From Moniliella sp. 'wahieum' (Eukaryota), in contig RSEE01000021.1 in NCBI GenBank assembly GCA_003971905.1, positions 248,001-312,000 on the forward strand: a DNA stretch of 64,000 nt, written 5' to 3'. Position 1 is the first letter of the stretch, and every line of letters starts with the position of its first letter. The notes under the pieces were generated by a model. That model had not been told where the DNA came from and searched no databases. It saw only the letters and a program-made list of their open reading frames with translations. Below, piece after piece: positions 25,649-39,957 of this stretch. The translations under genes were made by a program, and so were the position numbers.

Positions 25649-26548
25649 ACATCACATCGTATGCCGATGAGCCATGCGACCATGGCGAGCCGCGGATGAC
25701 ATATCTGCAGCCTGAATAAAAATGTCCGCTGGCTCTCTCTCGCGAATCAAACGGTACTTACGCGTATTTGGTTGAGCCGTCTACGACATGCTTGTCTCTA
25801 ATACATACTACGTCAGGAGGTAACCAGAACGCCCCGTAACCTGTACCAGGCCATACATGCCACCACGCACCATATATGGCCAATAGATGAGAGTTGCATA
25901 TACCAAGTAATACGTGCTGTGGCCAACTTGTTATCAGGAGACAGAGAGATGAAGGCTAGAAATCATATTCATCTCAGTGTGGATGCTTCCGTCGGTGCCA
26001 GGCAGTGGGCCGCGCCAGCATTCGTGCGTCGTCAAGCTTCAAGACCGAAGTCATATACGTGTTGAACGTTGGTGGCCATATGTACATCGTGCATCAGGCA
26101 TCAACACGTGCGTTGCGGCCTTTGTTGAAGTTATATAGGGTTAGCATCTGAGGAGGCGGTGAGATCTGAGAAGGGAACGAGTTCATCCACGTTGAACGCT
26201 GTGGGATGTTGGCGCAGCCGAAGAAGCAATAAGCGCCCGATATGATAGGTGAAAGAGAGGCTGCTAATAGGTTTCTAGGGATCGCGGCCTATGGTAGTGG
26301 CGGCGTGGTGGATGGCCCGGCTGCGCACTTCCAATGCAGCCATCAACCATCAGATGCGAGGCGCAAAGTATATATAGAAATGATGCGAAATGGGCATCGG
26401 CACCAACCCCCCACCAATCCCTCCTCCAACCCCGCAACAGTCCTCTCCCCCAACCCCGCAACAACAGTCCTCTCCCCCAACCCCGCAACAGTCCTCTACT
26501 CCAATCTCCCCACAGTCCCCTTCTGCACGCCCTCCCTCCCCTCTTGCC

Positions 26549-28430
<1,882 letters not shown>

Positions 28431-28936
28431 ACCCCCCTCCCCCCCTTTCCTCTGAAAGATGCTGGCCCTATCGATAGCTGGCGTCCTTCTGAAGGAGTGG
28501 TCCAGGTACTGGATTTTGGTCACAGTCATCCAAGGTGTCCGCCGTTTCCCCTGCATTTTCCTTCGCGTCGCAAGGTCAAACCCCTCGTGGAAGCAACTAT
28601 TACTATCGCCCTACAAGCTGCTTTGATCATGCTCTTCTTCTATCCCATCCTGATCTGATTCCACCCACCATCTACTGTCACAGATAATCGGTCCCACGGA
28701 TCCCCTTGGGTCAATGGTTATGAGCTGAGTGCATTCATGATCCTTTTGGAATTTCGTTGCTTGCATAGGGATCGGAATGCTTTAGAAGCCTCCTTCGCAG
28801 AGACCACAGCATCACAGCGTCCCCAACACGGTTGATGACGTTGATGCAATAGAGATGTTTTACGAGCCGTGTCGATCTGCTCCCAACTGGTTCAACCTGA
28901 GAGGCGCCCGTCTGCTGTACCCAAGCCCTACAAACT

Positions 28937-29700
28937 GTTACGGGGCGCTTCGGTTATCTCCAGACTCTGAGCCCCGCACGTCATAGACATTTCAGCCCAA
29001 CTTGCGTCAGTCCGGTTAGACTAGCGAGAGAGCCAGTCGACACTGCCTTTTCCATGTTGCGGATACCAACCGCGGTCCGCCATGGTCGCATGGGCTTATC
29101 GGTACGATGCTTTGTGCCCATTGCGGCGAGTCTTTTGCTGGAAGAACCCTTCCTGCTGCGCCCGACTATGCAGCGCCAGCGCCTTTGAGAGCAAGGGCCT
29201 GTGCCCTCTCTGGAAAGTGCCCCGCATTCTGTCCATAATACCTGTCATGGGGCACTTGAGGCCTGGTTCCTTCTGTATATACGCAGCCATGTCCAGGGCT
29301 TTTGCTAGTAGCTGTGGTCCTGGACGACCATCCGGTCTTTGGTCTCCCCCACTACCCGTTCCTCCCTCGCCCTTGCACCTTCTACCACCCTTACCGCTTA
29401 CGAATTTACATCTTACGTCGAGTACGCTGCAAGCCGAGTAACTTCGGAGCCCCTGGACCTCGTCAACTAGTCTAACGACCTACGTACGCGGCTCCTACTA
29501 CCTCGGAGGCTCTGAGCTGCGGCCTTTGCACGTAGGCAGCCACCCAAACTAGAGGCTTTCTCCCTGCATCTCTACTAACATCCGCTCGGTTTAACCATCA
29601 GGATATGAAGCATGACCTAACGTACCAGACCGATTGGCCTCTGTGCAAGGGTTTAACGTTTATACCCCTTAGCTACAGGGGAGGCCCCACCTCGGGACCC
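28937..29700. mobile_element. Solo-LTR-like element, copy D, inverted and more diverged
   Basis: Starts TGTTACGGGGCG. Its reverse complement is colinear with copy A (shared blocks CTGGCTCTCTC, TGCTCTCAAAGGCGCTG, CTTTCCAGAGA, AAGGAACCAGGCCTC, CGGCTTGCAG, GGCCAATCGG). Confidence 0.72.
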
Positions 29701-30086
29701 CCCACCCCCCCGAAACTGGCGGCGCGGCCCGTGCCAGTAGCCTAATGTTTTTGAGCTAGTATCATCATTAGCACACAACTCCTCCTCTGAGATCTGACCG
29801 TCCTTGTGATTGTTGGTTTTATGCTCATCGTCCACACATTCTACAACACTACCTTCTTTCTGTCTCTTCGCTGTGATGAAAGAGGGAATCGTAATAAATT
29901 TTGTGTTCTTGACTTGGTTTGGGGGGTTGGTTTTGTCGAAGGAGAAGAAAAGCGGATAAAGAAGGGGAGCGTGTATGCATTATGCGCGAACCCTTTTTGC
30001 CGCCCCGATCTTCCAGCCCCTGAAGGGCGCAACATAAAGCAGTCATGGCAAAAAAAACAGCCAACCAGACGCTAGACATCCACTGC

Positions 30087-31890
30087 TCAAACGATCAGAG
30101 CGGGGGTTTCGTTGCACTGCCCAGGACGCAGCGCGCAATACAACGGTTGCAGTGGCCGAGCGGCCACGCCGCGGTCGGCCATGCGGAAGCGCACGTCATG
30201 CAAGCGTGGCAAGGCCAGAGTAAGGTTACGCGTCCCCTCCGTCCCCTCACTTTGGTACGACGCACCAGTCCAAAACACTTCGGCCGCCGAGGCAGCACGG
30301 GGCCAGATGGTGGCATCAAGCGAAGGTCCATCCACCGTCTCGGACCACAACGCAGCTTCGCCACCCAGGATACGCTCCTTGCCCCCCGGTACGGTGCTGG
30401 TACCATTGTACGGATCAAATTCGTACATCTTGCTCCATGACACGTACGGGCACCAGTAGGTCGCGTTGCCCGGTGCGCCAGTCACCCACGCACCGGCGGT
30501 GCCGCAGTCGAGATAAAAGTAATCCGACGAGGCTACAATCACCTTGACGCCCGGATTGGCCTCCAGGATCTGGGTCGCGGCCGAGGCGGTGGTCCAGGCT
30601 TCGACGATCGTGCCGTTGCGCAGCGACTTGCCCGTCTCGGGAAAGGTAACTGCCATCTCTTCCCACACCATCGGCGTCTTGCCCAGTTTTTCCAGGGCAT
30701 CATGAGCGGTGTTGAGAAAGGGTTTGACGCCGGTTGCGTCAATGTCGGTTGCGTTGGTCACATTGTAGCAACCCAGATTGACCTCATCGCCCCCGGTGCC
30801 AAAGAGCGGGCTGGGGAAAAGCGGGGCCACCTTCTGGAGCAAGCCAGTGATGTACTGGCTTACGGCGGGATGGTTGAGCTTGAGCGAGCCTGGCGGCGGC
30901 TCGTTGGCCACCGTCCACCACTCAGCTTCGCCCTCGCACTGAAGCAGATCGGGGCAAAGTCCTTGACCCCTTCGTACTCGTGTCCCGGCATGTCGATCTC
31001 GACGTTGACGTTGATTCCGCGTTCGGTAGCATAGGCAACCACACTGGCTACATCGGCCCGGGAGTACGTCAAGCCTGGGCTTGAGGCACCCTTTTGTGCC
31101 AAGACGGAATAGTTGCCATCCAGCTCAAGCGGGAAGCTTTGCGAGTCGGAAATGTGCCAGTGAAACTATAGAAGTAACCATGGAGAGCGTAACGGGGTTC
31201 AGTTAGGTGGGGGGGAAGGTTGGGAGAACGTGACAGGCGTATAATACGTACTTGGTTGAGCTTGACGAGAGACATCGTGTCGAGCTGGTGCTGAATTTCT
31301 GCGATTGAATAATAGTTCGCCCCGTGTCGAGCAGAAAACCGCGGTAGGGGAATGCTGGTTTGTCCTGGATGGAATAGGGAACGTTGGGGATGTACTTGGA
31401 GGAGCCATCGGGGAGGGCGAAAACCAGTTGCTGGAAGGTAGTCAAACCCCGCAGGGCGCCCAGGGCCGTGTTGGCCGATACAATCGCTGCCGTGCCATCG
31501 GCGGGTACGGTGAGGTTGTACACCTCGTCGTACTTTTCGGGCAGCTTGGACAATTCTCCAGCGAGGGAAGAAGGATTGGAGGGAAGGTGAACCTGCACAG
31601 AGGTGAGGGTGGGCGCGGTGTGAAGGTGTGCCGCCTGGCTAGCTCCCCGGTCGACGACGAGGGCAAGCATGTTGGAGGCCTTGATCTCGGACACGATGCG
31701 TTGGGCGCATTTTGGAGATCAGCGGGTGCGCCGGAAGGAAGGTGGATGGCGAGATGGGCCGCATCGAGGCGGACCGACTGCTTGCCCGAGTGGACGGAAG
31801 CAGGCTGCGGCCAAAGAGCATGGGCTGTGGGCAGCATGTGCAGCACGGCGAACGCCGAGGCGAGGGTGAGGGGCCATGAGGGAGGATCAT
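30087..31890 (-). CDS. Secreted beta-N-acetylhexosaminidase, GH20 (intron 31166-31251; frameshifted)
   Basis: Signal-like N-terminus before LWPQP, then DKPAFPYRGFLLDTGR, KLNQ|FHWHISDSQSFP, EIDMPGH, catalytic GGDE, ILGGEAALWSE and IWPRAASAAEVFW. Confidence 0.93.
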
Positions 31891-32724
31891 GGCGGGCAGA
31901 GGTGGTGGGGGACGGCGAGGAAAGGACGGGTGGAGAGGGGGGATATATATCGCCGCATCCGACATGTACCCGAGAGAGGCGGAGGATGAGTTGTTGACTG
32001 CCGGCCGCAGCTATTAGAGGGATGGGTGACCGGTGATGGGTCGCTTGGGGGGCTGCTGCTGTCGGTCGTCTCTGCTCCGAGGAAACGCCGAGGCGCATTA
32101 TGTGGGCGTCACGCGCGTCATGGCCGTGCGCCTCTATAATGAGGCGCTGTCTTGATCGGCCCTTGATCGACGATTCCAGCGACGCTCTTCCGATGGATGG
32201 CTGCCACGGCAATGATATAGCCAGTGGCATACCAGCGCTCGGCCCCAGGAGCCATGCAGCACTGTTTGCGCATGGATATTCGTGCGAGCGCTCTGCCCCA
32301 CCGCCCGCTTTCCGCAGCGGGTACACTCCAACCCCACTGTCCTTCTCCGATGGAAGGTGCCTTGTCCCGGTCGCGAGGTACATACTCCGCCCTAATACCC
32401 CCTTCCATATCAGAAGCATCGCAGCTAGCGGGCGGCACCACATCACAAGCACATCATGGGGTGTCTGAACATTTCATGCTGCAGATGCACCGACGCCGTC
32501 GTCATCGATTACTGATCATCCGATCGTCATCGACTCATCTGCCATGTGAAAGTTTCGTCGCAGCCCAGTGATTTTTTTTGTGCGGCTGTAAAAAAAGCAA
32601 AAGCCAGTGGGCGCTGAGCTGGGCACCACTCTGCTTCAGCTGCTGGTGCGTGCCAGAGCCCACAAACCCATCGTGCGTCCCATCTCCTTTCTCTTCTTCT
32701 CCTGCTGCCCCCATCCGCATCCCC

Positions 32725-35591
32725 ATGTCGTCCCGCACCGAAAGGCTGGCTCCAAGTTCAAGCCCATGCTGGGGCGCAGGCCTGCCCCCGCCCCGCCAAG
32801 CCCTCGTCCTCTGCCCCTCGCCTCCCGCCTCCCGCCTCAGCACGCTCCCGCCCCGTCTTCGTCGGGCACCGGGCCAGGCGAGGCATCGGCCGTGTCCTCG
32901 GCACTGCCTCCGACGCCCGTCGCCCAGGCACACGCCACAGCCACTTCCCAGCCGTCCACGATGCCTCGTCCCTGGCCAGCGCCATGCCCATCCATCCTTC
33001 CGCCCCCCCTGCCTCTTCCCTCCCTGCCCCGCCTCGCGTGGCCGGACCCGCGCTTGCGCGACCAAGAATGACCCCCACGCCATCTCGGCCCCCTCCAGGG
33101 CAGGCATGCCACGACCATCCCTCTCCCTTGCGCAGCCCATGCCTCCACTCTCTTGCCTCTCGCCCCATGGGCAGTGGCGCCCGAGTGCCCGTTCCCACCC
33201 GCCAGGTCCCCGGCCACACCGTGCCACCACCTCGAGCCCCCTCGCCCCTCTTCAAGCGGCGCCAATGCCACCCCCCCCCACCACCACCACCACTAGCGAC
33301 CATTCCCCCACCCCTTCTCCTGCGCTCCCAGAGACTGCCTTGTTCGACCTCGAGGGCATGCTGCAAGCTCCGCTGCCCTCCCTTCCTGGGTTGCCTCACC
33401 TCGACGCCTCTGGGTCAAGCGGCATCGATGGTATGGGCGCTGCTTCTGGCATGGTGGCTCAGGAGCCTGTGCCGATTCCAATGGATCTTGCCGATCTGGC
33501 GGGCAAACCAGCTCTGCGCCTTCCTCGCCCGCTTCATCCTCACCCCACCAGCGCGCGAAGCGGGCCCAAGCGGAATCAGGCAGTAACGTGGCCTCTCTTC
33601 CCGACTCGGACGGGGGCGGATCTAAGAGTGGGTCGTTGTGACAGGATCGGCGGCGGGATCGGTGGCGGGATCGGTATCAAGGCGGCGGGGCAAGAGGAGG
33701 GCCCACCATCCTGTCCTGCCCACTATTCGGAAGAGAAGGAGCGGTGGCAAGAAGTGTGGGGGAGTACCAAGCGCGGGTGGAGGCGCATGCCAAGTGCGGG
33801 CGGAGAAGGCGGAGGTGCGTGCGGCGCGGAGGGAGGTAGGGTCGGACGTGGAGGATACCACGTCCGAGTCGGAGCAGGATGAGCCGCAGTTGCACTTGCC
33901 GCCCGATATGCAGGGTCCCTCCGATTCGGCGAGCATGGCCGATTTGACGTCGATGCGGTGGGTGCGCGGCGTGCCGCGGGACAAGACGTTTGAGCTGAGC
34001 GAACGCCATGCTCAATGGCGCAAGGGCAAGGCCGACCTTGCGGCACGGGCCCAGCGTCGGCTCGAGCGCCGCATCGCTCGTGGTAAGGAGTACTGGGAGC
34101 GCGACGGCCATAGCGAGGAGTCGGCTTCGGAAGAGGAAGAAGCCGAGCCAGCTGATGCCAATGGCGATGCGCACCTTAACCCGTGACGGTCAAGCAAGAA
34201 GGAGCTCACTCGGACCCTCGTCTTCACCCGCAAACGGAACCGTGGTGGGCCGGTATGAAGAGGAGGAGGAAGAGGTGGTGGGCATGCTGGACGGTACTAC
34301 GGCGGAGGACGAGGCAGAAGACGAGACTGTCCCTCCATCTCGTGGTCAGGGTAAGGGCAAAGGTAAGGCAAGGCAAATCCCGAGGCTACCGGTCTGCCTT
34401 CCCGCGCCTGCGCAAGTTCCAAGAATCGAACACCACCGCCCAATTCGCATCCGAGACGACGGGACGATTGATGGGATCCCGACTCGCTTCTGGTCGATCG
34501 GAACAAGGAAGCCTGGGACCAAGCCAGGATGATGCACTGGACCCGACATCATTGGAGACGAGTGGACATTTACCAACAGTGCCTCGTTTGCAGCGACGAC
34601 GCGGCGAGGTAAGAGCCTAGCGATCACCAAGGACGGCGAATCCGCCCTGGCGCGGAGCAAGCGGTGGAGCAAGCAAGAGACCCAGCAGTTCCTCTCTGCT
34701 GTGCGCTTGTGGGGGACCGACTTTGGCATGGTCGCTCGTGCGTTTCCCGAACGCACCCGAACCCAATCGTGGCCAAATGGCGTAAAATGGAAACCGAGGA
34801 TCCGGGCGCACTAGATGCCGCATTCAAAAAGAAGACACCACTCAAGCGCACCTGCTCGCCGGGCTCGTCGCGTGCCTTCACCCCAGCCCTGGGTGCGTCT
34901 CGGTCCAACACGCCTTCGGTCGGCCTGCGTGCCGAGACGCCAGCTTCGATGCTGAGCCGCTCGCATACCCCGCTCACGTCCGTCTCTACCCCAGGCACGA
35001 TGGCAGACACCCAGCGCCTGAGGAGCCCTTGGACAAGCGCCCTATTCCTGCGTCGCTGAGGCGGAAGAGGAGACGGAGGAGCCCGGGAGCCCGAGGCAAG
35101 CTGCTATGGAACCGCCTGCATTTCACAAAGAATCTGCCAATCCCGAGCTTTTCCCTGACGAACCCGTCCAAGGACTAGAGCCAGAGGAGAGTGGAGCGAT
35201 GACGATTGAGGACTGGGCTCGGGTTGCCAAGGTGGATCTTGATCTACCTGCCCCGCCAATCGAGTTGCCGCTGCACGTCAAGGCTTCGCTCGAGGAGGAG
35301 GCCGAGCGGGAAGCGGCGCTTGGGCGTAAAGGCATCAAGCGATCCCGCTCTCAGGTCGAAGAGACGACGCGTGGGAAGAGGAGGAGGAAGTGGAAGTGTT
35401 GCCGGACGGGTCGCAGCGGGTCACCCTGGTCCGGGTCAAGAAGCGCCGTGCTGCTCAGCGCCGAGCAAGAAGGTTCCTCAGGCACGCGAGATGGTCGCCC
35501 GTCTCGCGACCACGCCCATCGGGCCGATGTGCTGGCTCGACAGGCCGGCTTGGCGGCGGGCGAATCGGAAGAATTTGTGGGGTCCTACTAA
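32725..35591 (+). CDS. BDP1: TFIIIB B'' subunit Bdp1, SANT domain (frameshifted)
   Basis: SANT-type segment at ~34657-34825 reading SKRWSKQETQQFLSAVRLWGTDFGMVARAFPERTRTQ...AKWRKMETEDPGALDAAF, with long low-complexity flanks. Confidence 0.8.
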
Positions 35592-35839
35592 ACCCGAAAA
35601 ACAATAAACTGCATTGCTACATCCACACTCTGCCCTCCTTGGCTCTTGCGGTGTCGCACCATAAACCTAGCATCACCATTGCATCAATTGAATCATCAAA
35701 TGCATCCTCATCTCTCTATCCGCCAAACAGCCCACACGATCTTAGGCGACATAAAAAACAGCCCAGGGGAGCGGGGACAAGGCAGGAGGAGGCACAAACG
35801 CAACCCAAGTGTGAAGCTCTGCCGGGCCAAACCAAACTA

Positions 35840-37510
35840 TCAAGCGACGGAAACGCGTCGCCTTAGCCCCCGTGTTCTGCTTTGGCGCCGGGGTGGGAGT
35901 GGAAGAGCCACTTTGCCGCGCGGCAAGGAGGGGGACGCGGGGCGGCCGGTCGGGCTGGCCGAGGCAGGCGACGCTGGGTTGGCTCCAGGACCAAAGGGGA
36001 AACTTGGCATCATCCCGCCCATGGGCATGAGCGGAGCTTGGGGGAAAGCCATGCGGGGCATCATTCCAAACCCACCTCCAGCCCCCGACGGCGGCCCCGA
36101 AGGGGAGCCTGCCGGGGAACCTGCCGTCGCACTGGGCGCTTGGGCTTGGGATTGAGGTTGAGGTTGAGGTTGAGGTGGGGCTTGAGGTGGACTGGGGGTT
36201 GGGCTGTTGATCGAGGTAAGAATGTTGATCACCGTTGTGAGTTGGGGAGGGGAGAGCTTGTCCCACCGAATGGAGACGTGGAGGATCTGGACGGGAGGCG
36301 AACCGGGGCGGTGGGGGGAACGACTTGGGTCAGGCCGACAAGTACCGCAGGTTCCTTTTGATCCAGTGCCGGCGGACGCGGAGCGGTTTCAGGGCCAACT
36401 CGGACGCCAGTGTGGGTGCCGGAAGCCAAGGCAGACGAGGTAGGGTCGGGAAGAGGGTGAATGCCGGCCTGCGTGAGACGGGTGAGCCAGGTTAAGGGGA
36501 TCTGGAGAACAAAGGAACACCATTTCGTGGGGTGCTGAAGCAGCCGGCGCAGTCGCAGTCGGGGCGGGGGCCGCCGACGAACCCATGCCGGGGAAAACAG
36601 GGAGATGCACCATGCCAGAAAGTTCATTGGCACGCCTGCGGCGGAATGCCAGCCCCGGGTCCAGGGAAGGGAGGCGTGCACCGAGGCCAACGCCCGCTCC
36701 TCACCCGCTCCTGGTCCAGCACTGGGCCACCAACGGGCGAAGGGGAAGACGCGCTGTTCGGCACACCGCCACCCGCCAGAGCTGCAGCTGCAGCTGCCGC
36801 AGCAGCTGCCAACTCGGACTTGGATTTCCTTCCTCTCTTTCTAGGTGGTGGCTTGGGCCAGGCTGGTGGGGTATGAGTCGAAGGTCCCGAAGACGACGAG
36901 GCGGGTGCAGGCGCCGGAGTAGATGCAGCGGGACCGCTGGTGGCAGACGCCGTGGTTGAGACGTTGGGGCTGGCGTTCCGGATGGAGGGGAGGCAGCAAG
37001 CTGGGGGATGGTGGTCGTCTTGAGGGGCGGGGCGGAGGTGCTGCTGGGAAGGGTGGCGCGTAGACGGGGGTTGGCACGCGTCCAGCCGTCGTACTCGGCA
37101 CGCGTGCGCGCTAAGGTGGCGGCCTCGCTAGCCAGCAGCGCGTTCATCCTCGGTGGCCAGGTGGTCGAGCTGGAGCAGCATGCTGGTGGCGCATGGGGTG
37201 CGGGTGTCGCCGCCGTCGGCGCGGACGAGGGCGTGGCGGTAGCGTGTTTGGAGGGCAGAGAAGCGAGACCAGAGCGCGGTGCAGCGGTGGTCCTCGTCGA
37301 CGGGCGCTTCGAGCGCGCCGTCGTCGGGCGCAACGGTCTGCCAGACGTGGTAGGGCAGCAGGCGGGCCACGGCATCCTGTGCGCTGGCAAACGGCGTGGC
37401 AGCGGCGGGCGCGAGGGCGGCGTGCTGGTCGTGGGCGAGGGCGCGGGCGCTGTGGGTGGCGTGCTGGTGGCCAGCGCCTCCCACTCGGGCAGCGCCGCGT
37501 CGAGCGCCAT
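35840..37510 (-). CDS. GLTSCR1-domain (BICRA-like) protein (frameshifted)
   Basis: PAAATPFASAQDAVARLLPYHVWQ matches the GLTSCR1 domain core. Pro/Ala-rich remainder. 3' end approximate. Confidence 0.72.
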
Positions 37511-37747
37511 GGACTCAGGCTGGGACGCTCGTGCGCTTATAGGCAATGGAATTCTCCTCGCTCGCCTGCCGCGCCCTCTCCCAGCGGGTCCAGCATCTGC
37601 CTCCCGGCCTGCGTGCCTGCGCCAATTCCCCGCCCGCCTATATGTCCCCGCCCATTCCGCCCTACTTTATTGCAGCACCGTACATCCAGCACAGGCTCGT
37701 GGCAAGCAGGCGCACAGCGGTCATTGATGATGCCCCCTTGGCCTCCT

Positions 37748-38497
37748 CTAGTCTAGCTCCAGCTCGTGCGTCTCGAGCGGCGTCTGCGCGGCCCCCCGCC
37801 TGCCCGTCTTCTCCTCAACGGGAACGGCCGCCGCCTCGGGCGCGGTCGCCGCAGGCGCCGTCCCCCACTGGTACACCTCCTTGACGTTCCGGGCAACGAG
37901 TGAGATGACGCGCTTGCACGCCATTGACCTATAGTTTGGGAAAGGCAGGGCCATGGCCATGTCAGTACTGGGTCCCCCCGTCCAAGTCAGATGCTAGAGG
38001 AAGAATCACGCACCACACAGTAGCGCTCACCGCGCCAGAAGGAGCACCAGGGAGGCTGAGGAACCTACCCAACGGGCCCAGCCACTCGCCTCGGCCCGAG
38101 TCGGGAGGCAGGTAGAATATGGGCGTCTTGCGATGCCAGGTAGTGATGAGCATGGGGAAGATGGTGGTGAGGAAAAACATCACGACCTTGAATACCAGCG
38201 TAAATCCGGTCCTTGACGTGGCCAGCTTCGCATTCACTTTTTCCAGTTGAGCCAAAGACTTGTCACTGTGGCGCTTGAGCCGAGCCCACTTGGCAAACTG
38301 GTCTTTGGAGCTGGTTTTGGAAAGCTGGCTTTTGGTAGCGAGGATTCCTTGCGGAGGCGGGTGCGCTCGCGGATGGTGGAGCGCTGGACGACGTGCATGT
38401 ACACGACGTGCAGGCCTTCCAGCAGCACATCATGGCCCACCCACGCAACCGCCTGGGCAAGGAAGCACACGACGAGAATCAGCAGTGCTGGGTGCAT
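37748..38497 (-). CDS. GET1: Guided entry of tail-anchored proteins factor Get1/WRB (intron ~37929-38012)
   Basis: N-terminal TM, TSSKDQFAKWARLKR coiled coil, TM2, HRKTPIFYLPP...WLGPLGRFLSLPGAPSGAVSATVW|SMACKRV. Confidence 0.88.
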
Positions 38498-39252
38498 CGC
38501 AGCTGCTGGCAACGCTTTCGGTGGGCGGGCGGGGTGATCGGGGCTGGGTGCAACGGTCACCTCAAGCCGACAGGTCGACTGGTGGTTGCTTGGACCGGGA
38601 TGGGCCGTGCAAAGCACCATTCACCCTTCCGCATCGCAGCGGACGTGGCAGGCTGAACGTTTGGGTCGAACGTTCAATTGAGGAGGTACTAAGGGTGGGG
38701 ACGGATGACGTAACCGGGGAGGCTGATTGAAACGCAGCCCCTCGGACGGGGACTTTTAAGGACAAGGAATGGGAAGCAGTGCGATTTGAAAGTTGAACAT
38801 TGAACTGGGAAGATGGCAGTGACATGTGGCATGCGAATGGTGCCACGACCGGGACCAATTAATTAACGCTGCGGCGATTGGGGAAGGTGATCGATGATCG
38901 ATGATCGATGATCGACGATCAATCAATCGTCCATCCTCCAGTTCCGCCAGGTTCCGCCTTGGCCGCTCCAGCTTTCGGAAGAGCAACAGTGGAGCAACTG
39001 CGCGGAGTTGGCTGCCGCCGTGCAGGGGGCAAGTCGCTCCTGCGCTCGAACCGCAGCTACACTGCTCCTGTGCCTGGGATCGCTCCCTGCCATCACTCCA
39101 GCCTATAATTCTTCGCCGCTGAGACTCGCCAAGCCGCCGTCGAGCTCTTGGCGCTCGTGCCCTCTTGCTTCTCGATGGCCAATTCAGATCTCGTTCCTCC
39201 CACCCTCTCTTCGTTGGCTCCTTAGGCACACCACCCCTTCTGTCCCGTCGCG

Positions 39253-39957
39253 ATGTGGATCCTCCGGCTCGTCCAACCCATCGCCTTCGTCTTCCTTGCT
39301 CTGACTGTGGCTTTGGGTGCACAGGCCCAAAGCCCAGCAGCAGCAAGCAAGTCTTCCTCCATCAGCATCCCACCCTCCGCCCCCGACGGTGCCATCAGTA
39401 TGATCAAGCCAGGGCAAACGGGCGACGCATCGTACTACAAGATTGGGCAGGGCAACCTCATCAGCTTTGCATGGAACTACTCGGACGTCATTATTACCCC
39501 CTCCACCTTGCATATCTCGGCTTTCTGCAGTGCCAATGCAGTTACCTACGACCTCGGCGGCGTTGATGGTGCATCTACTGAGTTTGTCTTCGACCCATAC
39601 CAGTACAAATGAATGCTCCCAAGTCCCAGCTACCCAGCTGATGCAGGCCAGCTACCGCTTGCTGATTACCAATCCGGACGCCACAGCCTCAGCCCAGGTG
39701 TGGCCGCGGGCAACTCAAAAGTCACCTTTGCCATGTACCATCCGCAAGCGTACACGCCCTTGTCAGGTACGTCCCTCCTTCTATGGTTGCTTCAGTTTTG
39801 ACCTAACATTCTGAGGATATCAGAATGGACGTGCGCACAATGTAGCGGCGTAAGTAGATTTCTCCCCACCAAACCGTTAGTGCTGGGCGCACTCGTCTCT
39901 TTTGTCGCCATGGTGTTGGGGGGATATAATGTCCTCTCACGCACCTTGGGCATCTAG
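39253..39957 (+). CDS. Conserved fungal secreted/membrane-anchored protein of unknown function (intron 39767-39823)
   Basis: Signal peptide, GAISMIKP...YYKIG...SFAWNYS, FAMYHPQAYTPLS|EWTCAQC and a C-terminal hydrophobic segment. Canonical GTACGT..CTAAC..CAG intron. Confidence 0.8.

Larger units (their letters stand above)
24401..25848. mobile_element. Solo-LTR-like element, copy C, with 5-bp TSD GGCCA and two nested insertions
   Basis: GGCCA|TGTCATGAGG...GCCCCGTAACCTGTACCA|GGCCA: TG..CA termini and an identical 5-bp flank on both sides. Confidence 0.78.

Noticed and set aside
16313..26548. Upstream in-frame ATGs giving P/S/Q-rich N-terminal extensions of the Hsp70s
   Set aside because: The ATG that is in frame differs between copies and lies within ~20 nt of TATA-like boxes. 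The variable CAACAATCCTCTCC repeats fit a 5' UTR better. Not excluded without TSS data.
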